Of a DNA stretch of 64,000 nucleotides, positions 34,901 to 46,782 are shown piece by piece. The notes beneath the pieces were generated by a model. That model ran no database searches and had not been told where the DNA came from. It saw nothing but the letters and a program-made list of their open reading frames with translations. A program made the position numbers and the translations under genes. Within the stretch, counting starts at the first letter, position 1; the number at the start of each line of letters is the position of its first letter. This stretch comes from Amphiscolops sp. MND2022 (taxonomy: Eukaryota), in contig OZ076409.1 of NCBI GenBank assembly GCA_964187785.1, positions 6,016,001 through 6,080,000 on the forward strand, read 5' to 3'.

Positions 34901-37851
34901 TCACTGTCCCACAAATTGGATTCCGGTGAACCGAAAGTTGAACCTGGAAAATATTCGAAAAATACAAAACTAATATTTAACCACCGATTTTTATGCGCTC
35001 AAAGAGTAGTTCGTTTCACAGTGTCATTATTCGCACTTAACCATGAAGCAAGACTTTTTTTGGTAATTTCACCTCGCTTTTTATTTTATAATTTATCCAT
35101 TTGTACTTGCAGCATATTACAGTTGTTATTCCTAAATCACTCATTATTTCTAGCATCAAACATTAGCCATGATGAAATTTTCAGTGTGAGATTGTCACCT
35201 GACATAAAAATTGCCACTGTAAATGGTGGTCGGGCACATTTTCTTCTAAAATGTGCCAACTAAAAAGCAGCAAAATTCTTGACTCTTTTGTTTTCCCCCA
35301 CCACCAATTTTTTTTGGAAAATTTGTGAAAATTTTATTTGAAAAGACTTGAATACAAACCAGAAACCTTCAATTTTAATTCATTTCCAGTGTGACAATTT
35401 ACAGGAATTGAGATGTAAAATTTGTTTACACTCTTTTCCTTATGAAGTCACTCATTTTTGCTCAGAAAATTAACAGCTTCCTGTTTTGAGTCACAAAAAC
35501 AGTGAATACGATCAAAATTATAGAGTAGAAATACTCATTTTGCGTCCTAATTGGATATATCTATTTGATGAATTTTTTCTTTGATTCTTCGTGTACAAAA
35601 AAGTTGTGTACAAAAATTAAAAATACACTTTATTATTATTATTTATTATTAATATTTACCATGCAAAAAGCCAGATAAATATTAATAATAAATAATAATA
35701 ATAAAGTGTATTTTTAACTATTCAATTGAATAAAATGTTCCGAATGTTCCATTTTCCAAATTGAAATATTCTAACCATCACGATATGGCCCATGACCGCT
35801 TGCAGCCCCGTTCATCGTGAAGTCAGGAGGCTCTCTTGAAATTTCAACTTTACCGTCTGACGTCATATCGTCTACATGTTCTTCCTTCTTTACATGCCCC
35901 CCGGAAGAAGACGGGCCAAAAGAATTGCAATACGAGGACGTCTCATCGTGCAAAAAGGTCCTGCTTGTGTTCTCACAGCACTCCGTTGCACCCTCGTTCT
36001 TCATACCAGAATTGCATTCAGGGTCGCCAACGTGGCACTCTAGATCCGGGTAACGTGGTGTTTCGTCTGCAAGGTTGTTAATTATACAGTTTTTTCCACG
36101 AAAAATTTTTTAAACAGTTTTTTTAACGAAATATACTGTTTTTTGTCTTTTATTGTTTTTTCATCTTGGGAAAACTACCGTGGAAAACAATGTGTTATGC
36201 ACAACGCTTTTTCATTTGTTGCCATAATTTCATTGTACAGAAATTTGAAAAAGGACTAGAAAGTTGTTCACTCCATTGATTTTTTCCAGAGGCGTTCTGA
36301 TCTGTGAATAAAAAGTACCGAACAAATTGAACAGTGAGAAATTAGACCATAAACAAGTAAAAAGAAGCGTCTGATAAAACGGCAAAAAAGTTTTTTCTTA
36401 AATTGTTATATTCATGTTTTTAGTCGGCGCATTTTAACAAAATGAGCCCGACCATTACAGTGGCAAGTTTTTTTCGTCAGACAACAGAATGTATGCGTAG
36501 TGGGCACTTTTTCTACAGAACTACTAAACTACTGGACCGGCAAGCGGAAACGCATCTACGTTAGTGCAAAGGGTCCCCCCTTTCAATTACTCAATTTTAA
36601 CGTAAGATACAAAAACGGACGGGACTACAGGGTCCCCCCTTTGAATTTTTTTCCGCACTGTGAGACTTTTTTTCGAATTCTTTTTGTCGCCAAAGGGTCC
36701 CCCTTTAAGTTTTTTGATATTTTGCAGCAAAGGTCTCCCTTTTTACTTTTTCGGCACTATGAGACAGTTTCAAAATTCTCATTTTTCGTTTTTTCGAAAA
36801 TTTCAAAAAAAAATTGATTTTTCAAATGTTTCCAAAGGGTCCCCCTTCAATTTTTTTGCTATTTTGCAACAAACTGGATTTTCAAAAAGTCGAAAGGGTC
36901 CCCCTTTTACAATTTTAAAAACTTTGCGCTTTTTGAGCCTTAGATATAGCTCCGACTTTAGACGTTCCCGTCTTGTTTCTTGTGTTTTATTCATGAACAA
37001 AACATCTTAACAACCTTGTTCATCTGCTGGGGGGTTTCTTTTGTCATCCATTGAGACGTTCCAGGAATTCGTCGAATTGAAAAACAAAGACCCAATGTCC
37101 AAAACATTCTCAAGCAGCGAAGGCTCCAACAAATCGATAGAGAAAGTTTTGGGTAGAAGTTCCGGTTCTTTTGCATACGAGGGATAAAATTGCTCGAGCC
37201 ACTTTTCTTCATCCGGTTTATACTGTGGCATTTCCAACTGAAAGTCTTCTTGTTTTTCGGAAAATTCCAGCGGTAGAAACTCAATGCTTTCGTTGAGCGA
37301 TTCCATGGCAAACACATCGTTTTGATACATCTGTATAGTTTCTTGATCCTATAGAAACCAACATTCTCACAAAAAAACAATGCATCCTTACTGATCAAAT
37401 GAGACCTAGAGACGAAAAATCAGTTGAAATCACATGAAACCTAGAATTTGACAAGATCAATCGATATTCTGAAAAGCTAATTATCTGAAGACAGCAGAAT
37501 TTCGACTTGGCTAATTCTGAAGTCCCTAATTCATAACTAAATTGCCGACAAATCATAGTGTAACCTATCATCAATACGAGAAGAGGGGCATTGTGAAAGA
37601 TGTGATGTGAAAAAGCAGGAAAAGACGATGACGACTAAGTCGGAAATTTTCGCACAATTTATAAAAAGTTCAAAATAAATTTCAAACCTGTAACGTGAAT
37701 TCGTCTGTTCCAGTGGGCGCAGAAGAGGATTCAGTTGCCGCATTTTTGTGTTCCTCCTCTTCGTCCATTGGAGTGGGGAGTGGAGCTCGATTAGCACTGA
37801 CTCCTCGGTCGGCAGATTGGTCGTCGTCATTTGGGGCAGGCGAGGAGGTGC
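31981..37851 (-). CDS. CNC/Nrf-like bZIP transcription factor, 5' end uncertain. Exons 37851-37688, 37348-37015, 36066-35776, 34943-34686, ~34283(or 34277)-33963, 32135-31981
   Basis: EQITHASLEDFNKLI...LRGIRKR|GKNKLAARRVRSK followed by a leucine zipper matches the CNC-bZIP pattern; all listed junctions are GT-AG and in phase. Confidence 0.75.
32203..32591. mobile_element. hAT-type MITE in the last bZIP intron
   Basis: Perfect 8-bp TSD ATTGTCGT; imperfect TIR cataggtgtga/tcacacatctg; AGCGA subterminal repeats. Confidence 0.8.
33015..33461 (+). mobile_element. Helentron/HINE-like non-autonomous element
   Basis: tcggcgc start; ggcgccgactt-GCCG-ttcg-CGGC-ttgtt end. Confidence 0.65.
34296..34689. 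mobile_element. hAT-type MITE copy A (CAAGGTTGTTAA family), forms a bZIP intron
   Basis: 12-bp TIR; flanks CACGAAAC/CACGTAAC (8-bp TSD, 1 mismatch). Confidence 0.85.
35617..35717. repeat. AT-rich perfect inverted repeat (42-bp arms, 17-nt loop)
   Basis: 35617-35658 is the reverse complement of 35676-35717. Confidence 0.85.
36070..37018. mobile_element. hAT-type MITE copy B with a nested HINE-like element (~36418-36976); forms a bZIP intron
   Basis: TIR CAAGGTTGTTAA/TTAACAACCTTG; flanks TTCGTCTG/TTCATCTG. Confidence 0.85.
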
Positions 37852-38352
37852 CTTGAAAAGATAGAAAAAAAGTTGGACCATGTCATCTATCCCCCTGGTA
37901 CACCTTGTTGGGAATTTCAATTCCCCCAACACGAAAGGACATTTTGTTCTTGAATAAATTTTTTCACTAATAAGAGAATATTATATGAATGTATATACTT
38001 AGAGGATTTGTTTGGACACTTCAGGTTTAAAAAATACCATAATTTTTTGATATTATTGTCAAAAATAGCCGAAAATCACATTTGGAACAAGCTAAAATCG
38101 TATAAAAAGGTCTCTATTTCAACGCAAATTTTCTCCGTGATAAAATCTGACGAGCAACTTTTAACTGACAGTCAATGTAATGGATAGGATAATGTCGACA
38201 TCAATTATTTTATTGGACCAAGATTTCTACGCAAACGATGTCGACATAATGGTATTTGAACCTTCTGTCTTATTTCCCCCCGCTGCAGTTTGGGAGGAGG
38301 GATTGATGACATGGTCCAAAAAGTGTATTTGATTGGAAAGAAGAATATTGAC

Positions 38353-38758
38353 CAAGGTTGTTAATTACTTTTCTCCACGAAAAATTTTTTAAACAGGTTT
38401 TTTTAACGAAATATACTGTTTTTTTAACTTTATTGGTTTTTCCTCTTGGGAAAACTACCGTGGAAAACAATGTGTTATGCACAACGGTTATTCATTTGTT
38501 GTTAATATTCCATTGCACAGAAATTTAACAAATGAATACAAAGCGTGAAAGTCATTCACTTCATTGAATGTTTTCCAGGTATCATCCTTCACACGAGATA
38601 TTCCATCTCGAAAAGGTGAAAAGTACCAGACAAATTGAACACTCAGAGAGTAGACCATTACCAACTGAAAAGAAGTGTCTGACAACCGTGTTTTTTAAAA
38701 TTGTTTTGTTCATGTTTTCTTGTGTTTTATTCATGAATAAAACACCTCAACAACCTTG
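38353..38758. mobile_element. hAT-type MITE copy C (same family)
   Basis: Same TIRs and internal sequence as copies A and B; TSD not recognisable. Confidence 0.8.
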
Positions 38759-39007
38759 ATAACTTTTGTTTCAGAGCAAATAACAATCCAATCTGAACAG
38801 GAAAAGCGTTATCAAAACTCGTCGTGTCCCCATCCGAACAGAACCAATTATGGAAAATGAAGAATGTACTAGTCCAATACTTAAGATTCGTCAAACACTA
38901 TTCTTAATTATAATGGGGAGGAAAATTGAACCATTTTTGATATTAAGTTTCAATTTTTTGAAATAAAACGAAAACATGCTTATCATCAGCAGCAAAATCG
39001 TTAGTTA

Positions 39008-40082
39008 TTTTTAGTCAGCGCTTTTGAAGAAAAGTGCCCGACTCTTACAGTGGGTAGTTTTTTTCAAACGCGTAAGGTCCACTTTATTGTTCATTTGTTC
39101 AACAACTTAACAACTTGAACTACGGAGGTTCAAAATACTCGAACCTCAGAAGCTCGTCCAAAACTGAGGCCCAGAACCTCGAAAACATACTAAGGATCCC
39201 CGTTTGGCTATCTAGGTGTTTTTTACTTCAATTTTTTCGGGACTGAGAATTTTTCGAAAATTTTTTGATTGCACAAAGGGACTTCAATTTTTTTTGACAT
39301 TTGAAACAGAATGGGTGTAAAAAAACACCCAAAGGGTCCCTCTTTTACTGTAAATTACACTTTTCGCCACTATAAGACTGTTCAAAAATCTCACTTTTCG
39401 ATTTTTTTGAACTTTTTTTAAGTCTCCAAGGGTCCCCCTCATTTTTAGTCGGCGCTTTTCGAAGAAAGTGATTAGTGACTATAGTGACTATAGTAGTGAC
39501 TTTTTTAAGACCAACGAACTGACAGATTTTATAAATTTTATAAGTAAGCACTAACACTGCTGTCTGGCACTAACACAAAACCACACTGGCATAGAGGTTA
39601 CGGCTTTTTCAGGTCTGCCAAGCGGAAGGACATGGGTTCGAGTCCCGCCCTTGACCAAATTTTTTTGTGTAGATTTTTTTCGGGTTTGTGAGACTTTTTT
39701 TCGCAATTTTTTTTAATGTCTTCGAAGGGTCCACCCTTCATTTTTTTCCTATTTTGCAAAAGAATGGATGTTGAAAAACAGTCAAAGGGCCCCTTTTACA
39801 TTTTTCGGTACAATGCGACTTACCAGACACTTCAAAAAAATTCAAAAAATTTTTGGAATTTTTCTTTGGGTACTGTAGAGGAGAGTACTTGACACTTTGA
39901 AGTCCTTTTGCTATTTTTGAGCCTTAGATATGGCGCCGACTTGGGCCGTTCCCGGCTTGTTTTTCATATTTTGCAACAAACTTAAGTTTAAAAAAACCCA
40001 AAGGGACCCCCTTTTTACAATTTTAAAAACGCGCTTTTTGGGCCTTGGATATAGCACCGACTTTGGTCGTTCCCGGCTTGTT
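39008..40082 (+). mobile_element. Nested HINE-like elements (inner copy ~39443-39961 contains a tRNA-like segment ~39583-39657)
   Basis: Two TTTTAGTC(G/A)GCGC starts and two ccgactt...gttcccggcttgtt ends; B-box GGTTCGAGTCC. Confidence 0.65.
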
Positions 40083-41604
40083 GATATCAAACCCATAATT
40101 TTTTGAAATCGACTGGTCCCTTCAAGTTACAGAGCAGCAAACTGGCTTGTCAGCTAGTTGAAAGTTTTCTTCAGAAAATTACTCAAAAATTTTCGCTCTA
40201 TAGATATCACAGTTTTGATATCGCTAATCACAGAACTGCGTATTTCAATTTCGCTATTTCGTCAAACTATTAATCTTAAGTTCGCCAGGAAAACTCTTGT
40301 TCCATCCAAAAATCGGGTGCTTAAATTTTAAACCGCAGTATCTCCTAAACTATTAAAGTCCGACAAACGATTTATACTGTGTTCGAAAGAAGAGCATCAG
40401 GGCTTTCAAATCAATTTTTAAACTGCTGGGCTGGGGGCCCGCTGGCGCGGGCCCCTTGCGCGCAGTTTTTTGCGCGACGTCCTCCGCTGGCGTGCGGCTT
40501 CGCCGCATTGGCTCCGGACTTTGCGCCAAAACTTTGCACGCGTCGTGTCTCTGCTTGCTTTTCAGCATGTTTCAAAACATTCTGGGGCCGCTTTGACCCA
40601 ATGTTGACACCAGTGGGTTAAAAGGGCCAGAAACGAAAACTGGGAAACTGGAAAATCTGCAGTTATTTTTTTTTTGATTTTTTTGTCTCATTTTCTGGAT
40701 TTCGGAGACATCACACGTCAATATTCCGTGAAAAGGCGCTGAATGCTATGCAATATTGTCTGAAAATCTTATTCAAGAGTTTGCTTTACCATACAATCAG
40801 CTGGTGCGTTTAGAATTTGCAGAAACTAAATGTGCCAAACTTGGCACATTGGTCAAGTTAAGGTTAAAAGCTTGACATCAGGTGTTTTAAAATTAAATGA
40901 TGGCTTAATTCAATTTTTGCACGAAAAAAAAAACTAGAATTTTCAATACTATGGGGGTTTTACAGATAAAGAATTGGAATTTTTCGAAATTCATTTCAAA
41001 ACTTCTAGTATTTTCCGAGGAAACTTTGAATTTGAACAATCTATTAGTTGCCGCTAATTTGAACCGCTAAAAAAGTTGCTGAAAAAATTCTGTGTGGCCG
41101 CTAATTCGCTGATTAGCGGTGTCAAAACTCTGATAGATATTTTATTATATGACACCTACCTTTTTGATGGCGCTGCCAATTTTCAGCTGCCATTATTACC
41201 AATGGCGGTGACTGCTGAGTGAAGGATGTGGATAAACTAAATTGAGTTAGGCCGTTGCAGAGAGGAGAAAAGAGAAATTCATTGTTCTTTTCCTTCGATT
41301 CAGAACAGTCCTCGTCTTCTTTTTCCAGCAGCTGTTGCGGCGGGTTGAATAATAAATTCAACAAAAATAATTCTATCGGGAGATATTTCATAGTGATCTG
41401 AAACGGATGAAGCATTTCATTAGATTCATGTATACGTTTCCAATACACTAGTCGTTTAGGATTTTTTCAAACAAAAAAACTAAATCATTGATATTTTTTC
41501 TATTACACAGTTATTTATTAATAGATGGATTTGTGTCATGATCTAAAACAATGGCAAAATATTCAGCATCAACAATGAAAAACTAAAATGAAAAGTGACA
41601 ACAC

Positions 41605-41969
41605 CAGGGTGGCCAGTATTTTTTCAACAAAAAAGCGACCTAATTAAAATCATAGAAATTTACGTTTTTTAAAGTAATTTACATAGAAAAAAAGTTACCT
41701 AACGTTTCTTCAAAAGACATGTTTTAGTAACCATAAATTATATTAGGAACAAAATGTTGAACAGAATATCTGAGATAGGTACACACATAAGCATTCAAAA
41801 CTTATTGCGTAACGAAAGAGTCGATGATATTTCCAGGTATGACGTTGCTGTGTCCACTTTGGTCACTTACCTCAGCACTTAATCTCTTATAGCGTAAAAA
41901 AGGACCAAAAATGCAACTTTGGGAAAAAAGCGACCAGGTCGCTTCAAAGCGACCTAACTGGCCACCCTG
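41605..41969. mobile_element. hAT-type MITE just downstream of the PYCR stop codon
   Basis: TIR CAGGGTGGCCAG; flanks GACAACAC/GACAAAAC. Confidence 0.85.
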
Positions 41970-42007
41970 GACAAAACTGTCGTTGGGACGACATCAACTT
42001 TTGGTCC

Positions 42008-45000
42008 TCATTTTTGACAATTCTCCATTTCGGCTGTTTTCTCGACAGTCCGGGAGTGAGCTTTTATGACCGCATTGCGGAAGTTGGATTCTTCCAGAGA
42101 TACTACCCCGGCAATAGTGACACCCCCAGGCGAACAAATCTTGTACTTCAGATCAGCCGGACTTATGCCGGTTTGGTTGAATAGCTGTCCGGTTCCGAGA
42201 ACCGTCGAAGTAGCCAGTTTGAAAGCCAGATCCCGTGAGAGTCCCTGGTTAACGCCAGCATCCACCAGAGACTCCACGAAAAGAGCGACAAAGGCAGGTC
42301 CACAACCACTGATGCCTTGGGCGGCGTTGAAGTGTTTTTCGGGCACCTTAACCAGGACTGGGCAATAAATTATTGTGGAAAAATAATTGTCAATGCAATA
42401 AATATTTGGATCTTTTGTTAATCTTTGTTAATACCCCACCGATTTAATCTCCCCGTTAAGTGGTCAAGTTATCATTGAATTAATGGTGTCGGGTTACAAG
42501 TCCGAAAGAATAAAATTAAATTTTCTCGTCCAATAAGATTTCAGAAATCCCAGCGTCGTTCAAACGTATAATGTATAATTCTCTGCAATCTGATTGGCTG
42601 ACGCAGGCGGACCGGAACGAAGTCCGTTCAAAGATGAAAAAAAATGAATGCACTTAATTGAAAACTTACCTCCTTGATAAAACGCAATTTACTTCGGACA
42701 TAACGTCAAAATTCGGATATAGCGCAATATTTTCGATCCTCCGCTTCCTCCTTCGTAAAACACAAATTACTCCGGATATAACGTCAAAAGTTCGGATATA
42801 GCGAGCTGGGACAAATGACAGCTTTTCTAAGCACCAGGATATTAAATAACAAGACGGGAACGTCTAGAGTCGGCGCCATATCTAAGGCTCAAATTTTTTG
42901 AAATTGTAAAAGGGGGGCTTCGGGTTTTTTGAAAATCCAATTTGTTGCGGGGTGTAACGTCTCAAACTTCGGATACAGCGTGCTGGCCCCAATGGGAGCC
43001 CTTTTCGAACCTCCGCCTCCTCCTTGGTAAAACGGAATATAATTTGGATATAACGTCAAAAATTCGGATAAAGAGCCTTTTTCAGGATATTACGTCCAAG
43101 TTTCGGATAGTTTTGGAAAAAAATATTGGTAGATAGATATATACTGAGAAAACCTAATTTCAGACGAAAAATAATTTTGAACAGTCTCATAGTGCCGAAA
43201 AATCTAACACAGAGGCGAAGCGGTGCTTCGCATGACATGACGAAGACATCAATTATTTTAATATGCGTATATATATTATTTTAATCGCATGCGTATATAT
43301 TCAACAGTTCAACTTTGTTCAATAACGTCCCTATGGCACAGTGGTCAACACTTATGCCGTGCAATCGGGAGGCTGCAGGTTCGAATCTCTCCTGGGTTTT
43401 GGCTTTTTTCTAAAAGGCGCTCATTATGAAGTTGACTATAGTGGAAAAAAACTTACTTAGCTGGACTGCAATGCACATTGACTTCGTCATGTGCAAAAAA
43501 AGGGGACTCTTTGGGATTGTGAAATATCTATTATGTTGCAAAATATTTAAAAAAATGAAAGGGGACCCATTCGAGACATTAAAAACTTCGAAAAAAAAGT
43601 CGTACAGTGCCGAAAAAAACTCTTTCGGGGGGACCCTATAGGCTCGTCCGGTTTTGTATCTTACGATAAAAATGGAGTAACTGAAAGGGGGGACCCTTTG
43701 CACTAATTAAATGCGCTCTCCGTTCGTTTGCCGGTCCAGTAGTTTAGTAGTAAACTAACGTTCAAAAGTTAATTAACGTTCGTCGCTTCCAGTCTGTCTT
43801 AAAAAAAAGAAAAAAAAACGAGTGACTGTAATAGTCGGGCATTTATTTATAAAAGCACCGACTAAAAAGAGGGGTAACAGATTTGGCAAAATTTGTAAGA
43901 AAAAAACGCAACACAGATTATAATTTTCTTCCCCCATACAGAAATAAATTTGTGAGGGCGGAAAATAATGATTTATTGTAGGCCGAAAAAATTTTTCTAT
44001 ACAGCATTACACAGCCCTGACCTTAACCGCCATTCCAAGAGGCGAAAAGACAGAAAGAAGCTGATTTTCTGCATCTTCGGAAGTATCAGAAGGCAGGGAG
44101 TATGGAAAGGTTCCTTGGATCACCTTGACAGGAATATTTGGCATGACTCGTGCCAATAGAACTTCAGACCCGAAATGTGATTTCAGCTGATCCAATGTGA
44201 CCCCCGCGCAGATTGAAACAAGCAATTGGTCCTTCAAGTTGGTCCCTACAAGGGAGAGAAAGGGTCACACAAAAAGAATGCAATTACAGCAAAATGTACA
44301 CAGTTCAAAAAACAAGGGATTGAAACTTCTAGTCGTGTACAGAGTATTTTTCATAAAATTGAGAATAACTCGGTTCGTCGATAGCAAACCCCTTAGATGC
44401 GACTTGAGCTTGAATATCCTTTAGGTGTAAGGTACCATATAATCAGCCATTATGACCAGAGTTGTAAACGGGTTATAATTTCTACCCGCAGTCGGACCCG
44501 AGCCCGTTCCAAAAATCCTCGACCCGATCTTTTCGAACATTTTTAATACCCGACGAAACTGACCGAAAACGAATTTAATATCCGAAAGTAAATTGTAAAT
44601 GATGATCAGGTATACGCATCATGGGAATTCGAAAATCACATTTTTTACAACAGAATTCAAAAATTAAACATCAGACAGATTTTTGTATGTGTAATTACTA
44701 TGCGTCTAAATCTACAGCGAGCAAATGCAAGGAATCAATTGAGGAAATTATATAGCCCAGTTTGATGTATAAATTTTTTGGTTGTATTTCGAATTGTTTT
44801 CAACCGGCCCGAAAAATTTAAGCTCGAAAAGCCCGGTTATAAGCCCGCCCGGCAACGTTTAATCATGTATTTGGTTCCAACTCTGATTATGATCATGTGA
44901 TCAAAAAATTAAGATATTACCTTTTAAATATATATTTCGGTAGTCGAATGGTATTGATATAACCGAATGGTAATATAGAAGAAATTGCATGCATTGACTT

Positions 45001-46782
45001 TCATTGACTCTAGTCGGTTGCAAAGTTGCATAATAATTTCAACATTCACAGCTCGCTGTCGAATAGAGCAACCAATTATAATTGAGAATTCAATTCGTTT
45101 CTGCTATAAATTGTTTCTGCATTATTATCGAGCGGCTATATTCCCTATCATAAATTTTCTCCCCCATTTGCCGAAGTTTGAAGACTCGCTCCCTCTTTAA
45201 TATGGGCATAAAACGGTCAATCTATGGCTCTACGGTTTCGATGCGCAAAAAAGGAAAGAGCAGACAGATTTATTAACATACACTCCGTTGCAAAATATCA
45301 AAAAACCTCGAAGGGGGACTCTTTTGAGACATCAAAAAAAGTCACACAGTGCCGAAAAAAATCGAAAGGGGGACCCTTTAGTCTCGTCCGGTTTTGTAGG
45401 TTACCTTAAAAATGTAACAAGCCGGGAACGGCCCAAGGCGGCGCCACATCTAAGGCTCAAAAATAGCAAAAGGACTTCAAAATGTCAAACTATTGGTGAA
45501 TTGAGAACTCTTTTATGAAAAAGTCTCAGAATGCCGAAAAAACTGAAAGGTGGACCCTTCAGGATTTTTCAACATCCATTCTGTCGCAAAACTCCAAAAA
45601 AAGGGGGACGCTTTGGGGAAAAAATTTCCCCCGAAAAAAAGTCTTGCAATGCCGAAAAAAAAACTGAAAAGGGGGACCCTTTGGTCTCGCCCGGTATTGT
45701 ATGTTAGGCGGGAAACCGTTTTGGTCCAGTTCCTTGGGCCAATATGTTCAATTTGGCGGCTTCGTAAAATTTTGTAGAACTTTTGGGGTAAAACTATTTT
45801 GGTCACTTCAGGTGTATCGAAAAAAAATTTCAAAAATTATATTAAAAATCACTGACGAAAAGCCATGACTATAGTCGACTCTTTTGTCTAGAAAAGCGCC
45901 GACTAAAAGTAGAAAATAGAGTAGAAAAAATATATAACTTTAAAAACTTATCCCTGGCTTCAAAAATTCATTTCATGGACAAAAAAGTTTCAACATACTG
46001 ATTAAGATTGAGCGGATGAACTCCGCTCAAGGTTCCGGAAATTTTCTTTACTCCGTATACAGTGGAAACCTTTCCCTGCCTAAAAAGTCTGCATGTTTTT
46101 GAATTTTACAAAAACCCACCATCGATTCACATGCAAAACCGATAGTAACCAACCACTGCCCAGTATTTACTTTCTCCAATATGACTTATATAAAACAAGA
46201 CGCCCGCTAAACACCGGGATATTTTCCGCTAAAAATGTAACGCATCAGCACGGGTTTGAACCCACGACCTCGTGCCAGGCAGGCAGACGCACTACCAACT
46301 GCGCCATGGGGACTAGAAGTTACTAAATGGGGTAATAAAGTGGAGTTTTGGCAGAATTTGGAAAAAAACGCAACACAGATTATGATTTTCCTCCCCATTA
46401 TATGTGGGCGGAAAATAATAAAACCTTATAAATGGATTTTACTAGGAAAGGAACATTCTCTGAGGATACATTTGTAGAACTTGCATGATTCTTCCAAATG
46501 TAAGAAAACAGTAGTTTGATTCTAACTTGTTTCCTTGTCGCATTTCCATTCATTAGCCACGTCTTCTATCTGGTACGGTTTGCAAGCCAGGACAACAATT
46601 CTGGCGGTCTGGAAAACTTGGCTATTCTCGTGAACACAGTGCACTCCCAGCGATTTGAGTTTGGGGGCTCCCGAAGGAGACGCGGCTATGACTGAAGTGG
46701 CATCAAACACTTTTTTGGTGAGTAGTCCGGCCACAATTGCCTCGGCCATTTCACCAGCACCCACGAACCCAATTGCATACAT
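42008..46782 (-). CDS. PYCR: Pyrroline-5-carboxylate reductase, ~272 aa. Exons 46782-46527, 44245-44022, 42346-42008
   Basis: IGFVGAGEMAEAI Rossmann motif, LACKP, VSICAGV, RVMPNIP, SGCGPAF, CSPGGVT; phases 1 and 0 fit; 819 nt total. Confidence 0.93.
43327..43399 (+). pseudogene. tRNA-derived relic
   Basis: TGGCACAGTGG A-box, GGTTCGAATC B-box; imperfect stems. Confidence 0.55.
44457..44885. mobile_element. hAT-type MITE in PYCR intron 1
   Basis: TIR CAGAGTTG/CAACTCTG; flanks ATTATGAC/ATTATGAT. Confidence 0.8.
45416..45907 (-). mobile_element. Helentron/HINE-like non-autonomous element
   Basis: aacaagccgggaacggcc... and ...gcgccgactaaaa termini. Confidence 0.72.
46241..46313 (-). pseudogene. 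tRNA-derived relic
   Basis: TGGCGCAGTTGG A-box, GGTTCAAACCC B-box; acceptor stem does not pair. Confidence 0.55.

Noticed and set aside
37875..38320. Candidate upstream ATG exons for the bZIP gene
   Set aside because: Their donors are phase 0 whereas the next exon needs phase 1, and they lie in a short inverted repeat pair; 5' end left unresolved
30081..46313. Four tRNA-like sequences as functional tRNA genes
   Set aside because: A and B boxes are present but acceptor and anticodon stems do not pair properly; treated as relics
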